From Eledone cirrhosa (Eukaryota), in the NCBI GenBank assembly GCA_964016885.1, contig OZ024741.1, positions 407,278,001 through 407,342,000 of the forward strand: DNA of 64,000 nt. Reading direction: 5' to 3'. Both the position numbers and the translations under genes were made by a program. Positions within the stretch are counted from its first letter, which is position 1. Each line of letters starts with the position of its first letter. Under the pieces are notes generated by a model. The model was given only the letters and a program-made list of their open reading frames with translations, made no database searches and was not told the DNA's origin. Shown here piece after piece: positions 1-15,500 of this stretch.

Positions 1-2321
1 TATATTACGTAGATGAAACTGGTAGAATGTTATACTAATTGGATTAAGTTTAATCACATTAAGTAAATATTATCAATTAGAGTACTGATTGAGATCTAGT
101 ATTCGATTTAGTAACTACTAATATAAAACAGAATGTGTAATCTATTCACTGATGGTCTTTACAAATATAAGAAGTATTATTTTAATATTAGAGGAGGGAT
201 TACTTCAGATCAAGATGAATGCTTGAGATCAATTGTATATGTTCCAGATATTATACCAGAATATATAAACCTACCAAGTCTTCATAGATCAAATAGTTGG
301 AAACGTTTTTAAGGCTTATCTTTAAGAGTTCCGTGTATAACATATTCATATTTAATTTCCCCCCGAAAATATTTTAATCGAACTATCTATTGGTCGATGT
401 ATTTTGACGGACGGAACTGAAATAAATTGCAAAATATTTTGTTCACGCAAAAGAACATCTTGCATTATGTTAAAGGATCCTGGTCGGTTTTGGCGATCTG
501 TATTCAATAGTTAGATAAACAGATCTGTCTGCTGTGTGTATAAATCTGTGTATTCCACAGATACGTGTGCCCTTAACGTATACCTCCGGCGCAATCAGTA
601 TGACATAGTGTGTGACTAGGTTAGACTTTTAAGTTTAGTGATATAACTTAGCTAGCGGACAACTGCACAGTTTCTTTCAACTTAGTTTCCGTTAGAAGGC
701 TTCTATCAACAGATGACAAGGCTAAAGATACTAGAGTTAATGCAATGGTGCTGGAAAACATTAGGTTTAAGGCATAGGATTTGGAATTGCAAAGTAAAAT
801 TCTCAAATATTTAGCCAATTTGCGTCTACTAACTGCTATTTTACATATTAATCCTATACACCTTCATATATGTAAAATATTGCAATAGGATATTATGTAT
901 TTGTTCTATCGCTAATAATATATCCTTTAGCAGAGATTTCAGCCTAAAGAATTAATATAAACGCTTTTGAAATGGTGAATTTGTATAGAAAATTATGAAT
1001 TATTGGGAAATCAAATCGGTAGCATGTTATACTTTTTAAACGACCGATCACGTAAGTTGAGAAAAGATTTGTATATTTTCTACAGCTCCTTTGCTTTTGT
1101 ATTTACAAGCAGAAAACAATACGAAACATTTCTCATTAACGTCATTACATGCATCATCATTAATAAGCGTGATTATTTCTTTGTGGATTAAATCCTAATT
1201 TCAAGTCGAGTTTCATCAAGGCATTCCTGAGCGCATCACTCAATTAATTAGTGTTCGCTATCTGTTACTCATTTCTTTATCATATTTTTGTATGTTTATT
1301 TAAGTGTAATTTCATTATTCATTACCTTCAGAGTATTATTGAAATGCATTGGAGCACAGATTAATAATACTTATTTTTAAAATTGTAGTAATAACGTAAT
1401 TTGAAAACTACATTTAACTTACGATTTGATAAACTATTTCGGCTTTGTTTATATATATTCATGAAACTAGAGTAAAAAATAGGGAAAAATTATTCCTGCC
1501 TTGTAATTCTTTATGTAGAGAAAAGAATATACCGATATTAATTATTGTATAAATATACATTTTAAAATATATCAATGAAAGTATAAATGTTAAGATGTGT
1601 GACAATGTATTTCACTGTTGTAATGAAGTCGCTATCATACGTCAAGCTTTATTTAAGTTCACAGCTTCAAGAAATACAAAAACGGTCCTAACATTTTGCA
1701 AATCCTTTCTTCAAATTCTTACGTTCAAATTTATGGCATAAATCTGGAAATGTGGCTATACATCTCACTGTTTTGTCTATTAGTGGTGTGTTTGATGATA
1801 ATTGCATTTAAATTAAATAAGCTTTTGGGCATGAATATTTATTGCAGAAACTATTCTGTGTATGTTCACTTACCTTATAATTTGCGTGGTCTTAATGTGA
1901 AGAAAGTGTCGTAGTATTATACCACTGCAGTTTAAATTTCGTTCTTGGCTTCTTTTAAGTTTAATATTTATATATAATGAGTAAGTTCTATGCTATTGCT
2001 ATGTCTCGATATATGCGAGATAATTTAGTACATTTTGTCATTGAACATGTTTAAGTATACCATGCTTTACCTGTAAGATGGAATTTCCATTATATCCATT
2101 AAGCACAGTCTTCTATTCCTTGTAAGGAATACATTTAAAGTATAATAGCTCATATGTATCTGCTTGTTATTATTTATCTTGTCATAGTTTACAATTCTGG
2201 TAGGTGGCTACTAGGTTGTTGTAGGGCTAGAAATATTATTATTTGGTTTCACAAGTTCGGCATATATTGTCAGTGACACAATCTCTGATGAAAATGAAGG
2301 AAATTGTTTCCTTTTATTGGA

Positions 2322-2354
<33 letters not shown>

Positions 2355-2355
2355 G

Positions 2356-2386
<31 letters not shown>

Positions 2387-2941
2387 TTATTATTATTCCT
2401 ATTACTATTACTATTACTACTACGACAACTACTATTGCTATTATTATTAATATCATCATCATCCAACAACGTCTTGGAAAGTGACGGCATTATCAATATT
2501 TTTGTCATTATCATTATTTACATCAATTAAGCACAAATGAAGGAAAAAAAAATAAACAAAGACATACTTTACATTATTCAGTAATATGATTGTGGATTGT
2601 TCTGGATTACTGTCGTTTGGAATTTGTCAAGTTCATTGAATCAACACTTTAGAGATTCACCAAACATGTGTTGAACGTAACCAACTGAACAGATTTATGT
2701 CATAAGAAACCCGTCCCGGGGCTTCTATTATTAATTAATTCTGGCCGGTCACAAATTTGTATTTCTAAAGTTTCATATCATCATCTCGGAATATAGATAT
2801 TGATCAGTGATATTACATGAAACAAAACTCAATCAATATCAGAGAGAAGAATATTTAACTATCATTAAATACCTTGATCTAGCAGCTTCGGTCATGAATC
2901 TAAAATTAATCAAATTATTATACACTATTCCAGTCTTATAG

Positions 2942-3006
<65 letters not shown>

Positions 3007-3257
3007 TATATTAAGTGTATTCAAACGCATTTATAAATTTGTATGGACAGTACTAATATATCTGTCAATGATTGCTTTTACGGTTGAGCTGTTCTCTGTT
3101 ATTTAATGATAAATAAAATCCTTCTTTATTTACGAGTATTTCAAAAAAGAAAAATAAACGGACTTACCATACACCATTTGTCATTCACTGAGTGTGTGTA
3201 GGAATGAATGTGTAGGTATTTTCAATTTCACCTAGCAGTAACAACTATAGAGCAGCA

Positions 3258-4299
<1,042 letters not shown>

Positions 4300-4682
4300 G
4301 AAGTGCCTGTGATCATGTGCTTATTCCATACTTAAGAAGATAACTTAACATTTTACGCTAAGTCGGAGTCACATATTTTTGCTTCCTTCCAGCAATTAGT
4401 TCTATACAATGGACGTCAGAATATTATTCATATATAGGTGTATACAGATATGTATATATATAAATATACATAGATATATATATTATATATATATCATATA
4501 TATATATATATATGTATATATATGTATGTATATGTATATATATATGTATATATATATATATGTATATATATATATTATATATATATATATTATATATAAA
4601 GATGTATATATATATTATATATATAAATATGTATATATATATGTACACATATATATATGTGTACACATATATAATATATATG

Positions 4683-4720
<38 letters not shown>

Positions 4721-6319
4721 CACACATATATATATATTAATATTGCTTAGCCAAAGTGTATCCCAGACCATATTCTGCGAGATATTTCGATTTTGTTCAT
4801 TGTATAGAAAATATAATATGCATCATTTAGTTCTTTCTTGATTGAGAAACGTAACAGAACTGAAATAAATGATGAAATTAAAATTAGGGTTAGTAATAAA
4901 AGGGTTAGTAATAATCAAGTATATGCGAAGCTGACAATAATTAAACTAAAACCAGATATTGATTAATATAATATATCTTGAGTTCTTTGATCGGTGCTCC
5001 ATTCTTATTGTTATTATTAGTTTTATTATTATTACTACCATTATTATTAGTAGTACATTTACTACTGATATAATAGATATATATTTCCCATATTATAACT
5101 AGTTTAGCCATTATTATTAGTATTACTGTAATTATTATTAATATCATTAGCATTATTACTATTATTATTATTACTATTATTATGTTTCCGATTATATACG
5201 TAGTCTAGTAATATTGTCAATTAATATTAATAATATATATAATCTGTATTAATAATATCGGCTTTCAAACTGTATCAGAGTATATACGAATCATAATAGG
5301 TGTAGAGTAATCCAGACTTCTCATCTTCCCTATATTTCTGTTTATGAATTATTAGTCGTTAAGTATTTTCTACCCAACAAGCAACTACAAATAATACACA
5401 ACCGTAAAATAGATGGCATCAATCCTATATTATTTTATTTAAATTTCTTGAAACATTTTGATGTCAAACATATCTTCATTCAAATCTATGTTCTCATTTC
5501 TAATTACTCATCCATTTATGATAAAAAATATCAACGGCAGCAAATAGTAATCCTTAACTATATAAACCGCTATACATATATGTTTGTGCGTATGTATCTG
5601 TGTATGTGTGAATGTGTAAATATGTGTATGTATGAACATGTAGAGCGTGAACCATCATTAATTGATTTAGTTTATATTAAACGAAACTGAGCGTGTTTCA
5701 CGTATATAACGTAACTATACACAGTTGAATTATCTAACAATTAATATGGCCTGAACAGTCTATCATTAGAGTGACATTTTCATTTGGAATTGTTAGCATT
5801 GAACTAATTAGAGGCCAAGCTATGTATATCAACGGCTTAACTTTAAGAGGAAATGATCTTCTATTAAAAATTCTAATAACTAACGTGATATCTATGGAAA
5901 CATGTTTCTGAACTTGGCGTTCCAACAATGAAGTTATTGAATTAAAAATTTACATCCAGGCCCTTCCCACTCCTATTGTAGAAACCGGTCCTTGGTTGAC
6001 CAACACTGCTTTCTATCTCTAGCCATACTGGGGTCATGTGGATTGTACATGTGAATTTAAATATTTTACTAGTGTTAATGTTATTTCTAATTTATACACT
6101 ATCTTTGATTTAATAAATAAAAAGTATCTTATTTCCTCTGAACTGAAGAATTAATAAAAAATTTGCAATAACTATGTAAATGAAATCCTATTGCATCTGT
6201 TCAAGAAGGCGACAAAGAAAAAACAGAACTTAGACAAAATATTTAATTATTCAATTTCCAATTATGTTTACGAAATTAGAGTATTGGATGGCGGAAAGTT
6301 TGAACTAGAGACCAGCTCA

Positions 6320-6495
6320 ATTGGCAGTATCGGTAGAGGATCGGGCGCCATGCTTTGACGCATAGAGTTACGGTCATTGCCATGCTGAGTTCAAATCCCG
6401 CCGAGGTTAACTTTGCCTTACGGGATCGAGAAAATAAAGTACCAGTAATGCACTGGGTAATTGCTGGCCTTGTGCCAAAAGTAGAAACAATTATA
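6320..6495 (+). mobile_element. tRNA-derived SINE, family A (Nin/Deu-domain-like core)
   Basis: A-box-like tggcagtatcggtag, B box gagttcaaatccc, core gttaactttgcctt...aaaataaagtaccagt; five similar copies in the window. Confidence 0.85.
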
Positions 6496-7489
6496 ATACA
6501 ATAATTCATTATTTTCTGAGGTAAATTCACGCTGGTTTTAACTTTGCCATTCATCCTTCATTGGCCATTAGAAGAGGTACCTCATAAATATAGCACCTCG
6601 TTGCTTGATTTATAATAGAAAAGCTATTTATATGAACAAAATCAGAGCTTAGTTTTACATGGAATAAATATTTCTATACGAAATTATACCCTCATTGCTA
6701 TCATTAACGTATTCGGAAAAAGTATCTATCAATATTTTATTTTAAAAAAGCCCAGGTTAAACAAAATACACATTAAGTCATCAATCCATTATTTGTTTAT
6801 TGCTAAATCGAAATATGAGCAGAAAATTTCGGTATTTTTTAAACACGGTATCACCGATCAAAAAATTCTTTTTCAGTCAAATTAACTAGGTTTAATTAAA
6901 AGTATTCTAAGATCAAAAAGAACTCAGTTCTCGATAATGTTGTACAAGAAAGCTCTAAAATGCATATATAAACAAAACAAAACAAGATATTCCGTAGATT
7001 TGGTTAAACAATTATTTACGTTGTCTCGATAAGATTCAATTTCTTTTTTTACTAACTCCCATTTAAGTAGTTCTTACTTATCACATCGATCTTTTTCACT
7101 AATTTCTCTGATGCTACATGAAAATAGAATCCCTTCGAAGTCTCTGTTTTTAAAACAATAGTAATATGTGACGCCGGCAGCAGGCATTGGTGTCAGTGAG
7201 ATATTCAATAATTCCTTATTGGTTATTCCAGTTTCGATTATTCCACCTCAGTCTGTCAAATTGAAACCAATATATCTTTATCCAACTCACAACATATTTA
7301 TAATATACACAAATTTACAATATTTATGTTTTATTAAGTTAATCTAATTCAGTGTTCGTAATGAGACATACAAATATTTAAACATGCTTTATTGATTCAA
7401 AATTTTATGTTTAATCGTGTAAAGAAAACATTCCCTCCATTATTCTCGGATTCAGTGTACTGTTATTATTATTAAAATATTGATTGACG

Positions 7490-7702
7490 AGGAGACGATT
7501 GGCAGAATTGTTTGACCGTTGGAAAATATCTTAAGGTACTTGTTCTGACTCTTTACGTTCAAATCCCACTGAGGTTAGCTTTGCCTTTCATCCATATAAA
7601 GTCGATAAAATAAAGTACCAGTAACACACTGGAGGTGATTTAATCAACTTTCCCCTTCCCGAAAACTGTTGACTTTGTGTCTCTACCAGAAACCCTTATT
7701 AT
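7490..7702 (+). mobile_element. SINE family A, diverged copy
   Basis: gttcaaatcccactgaggttagctttgcctttcatcc...gtcgataaaataaagtaccagt. Confidence 0.75.
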
Positions 7703-8365
7703 TAGGTTGTCAGATAGCCGAATTGGTAATTACCATGTCGTATATGTTTCGGTTTAATATATTCTGAGTTCACGTCCCACAAAAGTCAACATTCCTTCCA
7801 TCTTTCATTATATAACATTTTAGTCATGTACAGGCGATGGTTTGCGAGTACGCAATGCATTGCGTCTATCCTACGCCACCCAGAACAAGTAGTAGGCCCA
7901 TCGCCTGTTTTTGTGGCATGAAATGGAGACTCCAATATATTTTTCGAACAGAGCCCCTCCACCTAAGGCGATAATTTGATCGACTCACATTTCCACTCAA
8001 ATGTCGGCTCTCTGCCTGTGTTTAAAAACGACAATTAAAATCATTAATGTTCTATTTATAGATAGAATACGAATTAAGCATAAGCATAATCAATTCAGGT
8101 AAGAAAATCGATTATTGAGGATATAAAGTGGGAACCTCAAGTGTAAAAAATGTTATCTTAATTTTCATCCACTTTATTACAACCCATAGTCATCATAAAT
8201 CACCACATTTTATATATATCTAAATTGTCCTTTCTCTCCCCCCTATTCTCTAATTGTTACTCTTCTGCACACAAATAGATTTCTTAAATCCATCGATAAA
8301 CATTGTATCTTTCGAGACATTCCTGCGTTTTCAAAAACTTCAAATCGCACAGTGCTCCGATTATA

Positions 8366-8400
<35 letters not shown>

Positions 8401-8443
8401 CATATATATATATATACATACACAAATAAATACATACATACAT

Positions 8444-8498
<55 letters not shown>

Positions 8499-8572
8499 CA
8501 TATATATATATATATGTGTGTGTGTGTATGTATGTATATGTGTGTGTATATATATATATATATGTAATTGAC

Positions 8573-8693
8573 AGTAAAATGACAGGAGGCCTGTATGGTG
8601 AAATTTCTTCATAGATTTATTATAGCAAACACTTATAAATCTTTAGTAAATGTTTGAAGAAATTTCACTAGTCCGGCTTCCTGTCATTTTACT
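8573..8693. repeat. 53-bp imperfect inverted repeat next to (TA)n
   Basis: agtaaaatgacaggaggcc...gtgaaatttcttca versus tgaagaaatttcac...ggcttcctgtcattttact. Confidence 0.85.
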
Positions 8694-8992
8694 CAGTTAT
8701 AATTAACTCCGTTCTCACACAACCAACAAGATTCAACATCAAAGATGAATCAGTTGCATAACGTCGACTGCTTTCCTAATATTACATCCAGTTTGGATAT
8801 ACGGAATGACTAGTTTTACCAAGGGTGAACCGACAAACTTAAATGTATATATATCCTCTGAGAAAATCTTAGAGATTAAATAATGTTATAGGTTATATAA
8901 AAATAAGAGATAATGACGCAATGTGCTGCACACATATCACTATAACCACTATACACCTCTGTTTTACTTATAGCACATTACATTCTACATTA

Positions 8993-9097
8993 ACTTAGTG
9001 GTTAGAGAATTGGATACGCAATCGCGAGGTTGCGAGTTCGACTCCCGGACTGGAGATGCGTTATGTCCTTGAATAAGCCACTATATTTCCCGTTACT
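8993..9097 (+). mobile_element. tRNA-derived SINE, family B (5' part)
   Basis: cttagtggttagag...gagttcgactccc...tgtccttgaataagccactatatttcccgtt; similar to the 38951 copy. Confidence 0.65.
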
Positions 9098-9537
9098 ATT
9101 TTCTGTCAGGTGTTGCGACCGGTAGATAATTATCAGCAATGGAAATACCAGGAACCATGGTTTCTTTGGTTTGATTTGAGTAGCTCAACCCCACTCGGTA
9201 AGAGAATAAGGTCTAGGATATTGTCGATCTATAGAAATAAATGTCTTGTCAATATAACAGTTTTTATTTAATATGTCTTAGTGTATATATATAAATAAAC
9301 GAGAATAATGGAGATGGAATCTAACTTCGATTTTCTTTTTAAATTTCTATTTTCTTTCATTAATAAATAAAACGCTAGAATCGTGAGATAAGGATATATT
9401 GGTACACAGCATTTTTTCCCAGAAAAACGCTGAACGGAAAAAATAGAAAACATCTTTTAAATTTACACCTACTTTCTTGTATCAAATTCTTGGGGTAGTT
9501 TCCTGGGTGGACAAAGTTATTTATCTCCCTCCCACAG

Positions 9538-12500
9538 GATCGAGTTAGTACAGTATCCAATGACCTACCGAAGCCGAGAAGCCTACACGCCACCTTTGAT
9601 TAAAAGAGAGGTAAGAACAACTACCCAAAGTGCCAGCGTAATGCGAAGCAAAGCGATATCACCTGAAGAGATTGTAGCGGAACATAGGTCTCTAACAGAA
9701 AGCTACCACCAAGCTGGAGATGAAGCTGACGATGAAGGAAAAGACAGCGATTCTGACACTCACACAGAAGCCGAGGCTGAAGAAACTAGAGCTGATTCAG
9801 ATGCTGATACTGGTACCGGTCTAGATGAAGTGAAAGAGGAATTTATATTAAAAACAGACTATAAAGATGTGACAGCAGAGAAACCTGAATCTCCCGATGA
9901 AGACGCTGAAAATGCAACTTCAGAAGCCGAAGAAGATATCATTAAATCAGAGACAATCCAGTCAGTGAAAACTGTAAGAACAGTCGTAACGACAAGTGAA
10001 GTATCAAAAGTAGAGAAAATTGTGTCAGAGATGACGGACACTGCTGAAGCAGAATCGGAAAAAGCAGAATCGGAAAAAGCTGAATCGGAAAAAGCTGAAT
10101 CGGAAAAAGCTGAATCGGAAAAGGCTGAATCGGAAAAAGCCGAGTCCGAAAAGGCTACAACACCAGCCGAATCGGAGAAAGCCGAATCCGAGAAGGCAGC
10201 ATCGGAAAAAGCCGAATCTGAAAAGGCTATAACACCAGATGAATCGGAAAAAGTCGAATCTGAGAAGGCCACTACACCAGCTGCATCGGAAAAAGCCGAG
10301 TCTGAAAAGGCCACTACACCAGCCGAATCAGAAAAAGCGGAATCCGAGAAAGCCGGATCGGAAAAAGCTGAATCTGAAAAGGCTACAACACCAGCTGAGT
10401 CAGAAAAGGCCGAATCTGAGAAGGTTACAACGCCAGCTGAGTCAGAGAAGGCCGAGTCTGAAAAGGCAGGATCAGAAAAAGCCGAGTCTGAAAAGGTTAC
10501 AACGCCAGCTGAGTCGGAAAAAGCGGAATCTGAGAAAGCTGAATCAGAAAAAGTCGAGTCTGAAAAGGCTATAACACCAGCTGAGTCGGAAAAAACGGAG
10601 TCTGAAAAGGCTACAACACCAGCTGAGTCGGAGAAAGCCGAGTCTGAAAGAGCTGAATCTGAACAAGGTGTAACACCATCAGAGCAGGAATCTTCAATAA
10701 CTAACGGCATTGATAAGAAAGAAGAAGCATCGAAAACTGCCTCAGAAAAATCTGTTTCACCAGTGGAATTAGAAAAAGAAATCAGTGTTCAGGCAGAATC
10801 TATAAAATCTTCTAGAAGCTCTGAAATGGAAGAAATATTGAAGTCACGTAAATCACCTACAGGATCTGACACATCTGATGCTGAAGCTCTGTCAACTTCC
10901 AAAACAGAATCTAAAAAGGTAACTTCCCCAATTTTATCTGAAAATGCAAAGTCACCTACTCCTGCAGAAGATGCACCCACTCTCACCGCTAAATCTCCCG
11001 TAGTATCCGAAGCACGTAAATCCCCAACTCTTTCAGTTAAATCTGAATCCGAAAAGTCTGAATCAATTACATCTCCCCACAAAAGTGAATCCCCCAAATC
11101 TGAAAAGTCACCCGTAATAGCTGAATTAAGTAAATCACCTAGTGCGCTCAGTGAATCTATAGCTGCTAAGACCCCTTCCCCATCTAAAGCATCACCTTCC
11201 AGCCATACGGCATCACCAGATATTTCAGAAAAAGTAGTATCTGAAAAAGGTTCTTCCCCAGTAAAGTCGGCTGCTAGCAGTCCAGGAAAAGAAGTATCTG
11301 AGGCGTTAATATCACCCCACGATTCCGAAGAGTCAAAAACACATGCGATTTCTGAAAAGTCTAAATCAGAAGATGAAGCTTCCGAAGAAGCAACAGCCGT
11401 ACAGCAGGATGAGTCTAGAAGTACCACAACCTATGAAAAATCGATTTCAGTGACGACTGTGGAGACCATATCAACAACACAGTCAGAAAAAGCAGAATCT
11501 AAAAGGCCAAGTTCTCCTGTCATATCAGAACATGAAAAATCTCTCTTATCACCTGTCCCTTCAGAAAAAGCAGAATCTGTAAAATCTAGTAAAGCCCTCT
11601 CACCCTCATCAGAAAAAGCAGAATCTGAAAAGTCTAAATCTCCTGTGACCTCAGAACCTGCAAAATCCCCAGAATCTCCAGTCCCCTCAGAAAAAGCAGA
11701 ATCTGAAAAGTCGAAATCTCCTGTGACGTCATCACCTGCAAAGTCCCCCAAATCGCCTGTCCCCTCAGAAAAAGCAGATTCTGAAATGTCTAAATCTCCT
11801 GTGACCTCAGAACCTGCAAAGTCCCTAGCATCTCCTGTCCACTCAGAAAAAGCAGAATCTGAAAAGTCGAAATCTCCTGTGACATCAGAACCTGCAAAGT
11901 CCCTAGCATCTCCTGTCCCTTCAGAAAAAACAGAATCCATAAAATCTAGTAAGGCCCTCACACCCTCATCAGAAAAAGCAGAATCTGAAAAGTCTAAATC
12001 TCCTGTGACCTCAGAACCTGCAAAATCCCCAACATCTCTTGTCCCCTCAGACAAAGCAGAATCTGAAACGTCTAAATCTCCTGTGACATCAGAACCTGCA
12101 AAGTCCCTAGCATCTCCTGTCCCCTCAGAAAAAGCAGAATCTGAAAAGTCTAAATCACCTGTGACCTCAGAACCTGCAAAGTCCCCCAAATCGCCTGTCC
12201 ACTCAGAAAAAGCAGTATCTGAAAAGTCGAAATCTCCTGTGACATCAGAACCTGCAAAGTCCCTAGCATCTCCTGACCCCTCAGAAAAAGCAGAATCGGA
12301 AAAGTCGCAATCTCCTGTGAACTCAGAACCTGCAAAGTCCTTAGCATCTCCTGTCCCCTCAGAAAAAGCAGAATCTGAAAAGTCGAAATCTCCTGTGGCA
12401 TCAGAACCTGCAAAGTCCCTAGCATCTCCTGTCCCCTCAGAAAAAGCAGAATCTGAAAAGTCGAAATCACCTGTGACCTCAGAACCTGCAAAATCCCCAA

Positions 12501-15500
12501 AATCTCCTGAGCCCTCAGTGAAAGCAGAATCTGAAAAGTCGAAATCTCCTGTGACCTCAGAAACTGCAAAGTCCCTAGCATCTCCTGTCCCCTCAGAAAA
12601 AGCAGAATCTGAAAAGTCTAAATCTCCTGTGACATCAGAACCTGCAAAATCCCCCAAATCTCCCGTCCACTCAGAAAAAGGAGAATCTGTAAAGTCTACG
12701 TCTCCTGTGACCTCAGAACCTGCAAAGTCCCTAGCATCTCCCGTCCCTTCAGAAAAAGCAGAATCTGAAAAATCCAAATCTCCTGTGACATCAGAACCTG
12801 CAAAGTCCCTAGCATCTCCTGTCCCCTCAGAAAAAGCAGAATCTGAAAAGTCTAAATCTCCTGTGACATCAGAACCTGCAAAATCCCCCAAATCTCCCGT
12901 CCCCTCAGAAAAAGGAGAATCTGTAAAGTCTACGTCTCCTGTGACCTCAGAACCTGCAAAGTCCCTAGCATCTCCCGTCCCTTCAGAAAAAGCAGAATCT
13001 GAAAAATCCAAATCTCCTGTGACATCAGAACCTGCAAAATCCCCCAAATCTCCTGTCGCCTCCGAAAAAGCAGAATCTGAAAAGTCTAAATCTCCTGTGA
13101 CCTCAGAACCTGCAAAATCCCCAAAATCTCCTGTCGCCTCCGAAAAAGCAGAATCAGAAAAGTCGAAATCTCCTGTGACCTCAGAACCTGCAGAGTCTCC
13201 TAGGTCACCTGTCCCCTCAGAAAAAGCCGAATCTATAAAGTCTAGTCAGGCCCTCACACCTTCTTCAGAAAAAGCAGAATCTGAAAAGTCTAAATCTCCT
13301 GTGACAACAGAACCTGCAAAGTCTCCAACATCTCCTGTCCCCTCAGAAAAAGCAGAATCTGTAAAGTCTTGTCAGGCCCTGTCACCCTCATCAGAAAAAC
13401 AAGAATCTGAAAAGTCGAAGTCTCCTGTGACCTCAGAACAAACAAAAACATTATTATCTCCAGTACCCTCGGAAACAGCAGAGTCCGCAAAATCAAGTGA
13501 AGCCCGTTCACCCTCCCCTTCTGAAAAAGCAGAATCTGAAAAGTCGAAATCTCCTGTGACCTCAGAACCTGCAAAGTCCCTAGCATCTCCTGTCCCTTCA
13601 GAAAAAGCAGAATCTGAAAAATCCAAATCACCTGTGACATCAGAACCTGCAAAGTCACCTAGGTCCCCTGTCGAATCAGAAAAAGCAGAATCTGAAAAGT
13701 CTAAATCTCCTGTGACCTCAGAACCTGCAAAATCCTCTATGTCTCTTGTCACCTCAGAAAAAGCCGATTCTATAAAGTCTAATCAGGGCCTCACACCTTC
13801 TTCAGAAAAAGCAGAATCTGAAAAGTCGAAATCTCCTGTGACCCCAGAACCTGCAGAGTCCCCCAAATCTCCTGTCCCCTCAGAAAAAGCAGAATCTGAA
13901 AAGTCGAAATCTCCTGTGACTTCAGAACCTGCAAAATCCCCCAAATCTCCCGTCCCCTCAGACAAAGCAGAATCTGTAAAGTCTACGTCTCCTGTGACCT
14001 CAGAACATGCAAAGTCTCTAACATCTCCCGTCCCTTCAGAAAAAGCAGAATCTGAAAAGTCGAAATCTCCTGTGACCTCAGAACCTGCAAAATCCCCCAA
14101 ATCTCCCGTCCCCTCAGAAAAAGCAGAATCTGTAAAGTCTACGTCTCCTGTGACTTCAGAACCAGCAAAGTCGCTAGCATCTACTGTCCCCTCAGAAAAA
14201 GCAGAATCTGAAAAGTCAAAATCTCCTGTGACATCAGAACCTGCAAAGTCCCCTAGGTCCCCTGTCGTATCAGAAAAAGCAGAATCTTTAAAATCTAGTA
14301 AGGCCCTCACACCCTCTTCAGAAAAAGCAGAATCTGAAAAATCGAAATCTCCTGTGACGTCAGAACCTGCAAAGTCCCCAACATCCCCTATCCATTCAGA
14401 AAAAGCAGAATCTATAAAGTCTAGTCAGGGCCTGTCACCCTCATCAGAAAAACAAGATTCTGAAAAGTCGAAGTCCCCTGTTACCTCAGAACACTCAAAA
14501 ACCTTATTATCACCAGTACCCTCCGAAAAAGCAGGGTCCGCAAAATCAAGTGAAGCCCGTTCACCGTCCCCTTCTGAAAAAGCAGAATCTGAAAAGTCGA
14601 AATCTCCTGTGACATCGGAACCTGCAAAATCCCCTATGTCCTCTGTCACCTCAGAAAAAGCAGAATCTGAAAAGTCGAAATCTCCTGTGACATTAGAACC
14701 TGCAAAATCCCCAAAATCTCCCGTTCCAACAGAAAAAGCAGAATCTGAAAAGTCTAAATCTCCTGTGACCTCAGAACCTGCAAAATCCCCCAAATCGCCC
14801 GTCCCATCAGAAAAAGCAGAATCTGAAAAGTCGAAATCTCCTGTGACATCAGAACCTGCAAAATCCCCCAAATCTCCCGTCCCGTCAGAAAAAGCAGAAT
14901 CTGAAAAGTCGAAATCTCCTGTGACATCAGAACCTGCAAAATCCCCAAAATCTCCCGTCCCATCAGAAAAAGCAGAATCTGAAAAGTCTATATCTCCTGT
15001 GACCTCAGAACCTGCAAAATCCCTAAAATCTCCCGTCCCATCAGAAAAAGCAGAATCTGAAAAGTCTAAATCTCCTGTGACCTCAGAACCTGCAAAATCC
15101 CCCAAACCGCCAGTCCCATCAGAAAAAGCAGAATCCGAAAAGTCGAAATCTCCTGTGACATCAGAAGCTGCAAAATCCCCAAAATCTCCCGTCACATCAG
15201 AAAAAGCAGAATCTGAAAAGTCGAATTCTCCTGTGACATCAGAACCTGAAAAATCCCCAAAATCTCCCGTTCCATCAGAAAAAGCAGAATCTGAAAAGTC
15301 GAAATCTCCTGTGACCTCAGAACCTGCAAAATCCCCAAAATCTCCCGTTCCATCAGAAAAAGCAGAATCTGAAAAGTCGAAATCTCCTGTGACATCAGAA
15401 CCTGCAAAATCCCCAAAATCTCCCGTCCCATCAGAAAAAGCAGAATCTGAAAAGTCGAAATCTCCTGTGACATCAGAACCTGCAAAATCCCCAAAATCTC

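Noticed and set aside
8993-9060. tRNA gene-like A/B boxes (also in the other SINE heads)
   Set aside because: No complete cloverleaf, and the sequence continues into a SINE core
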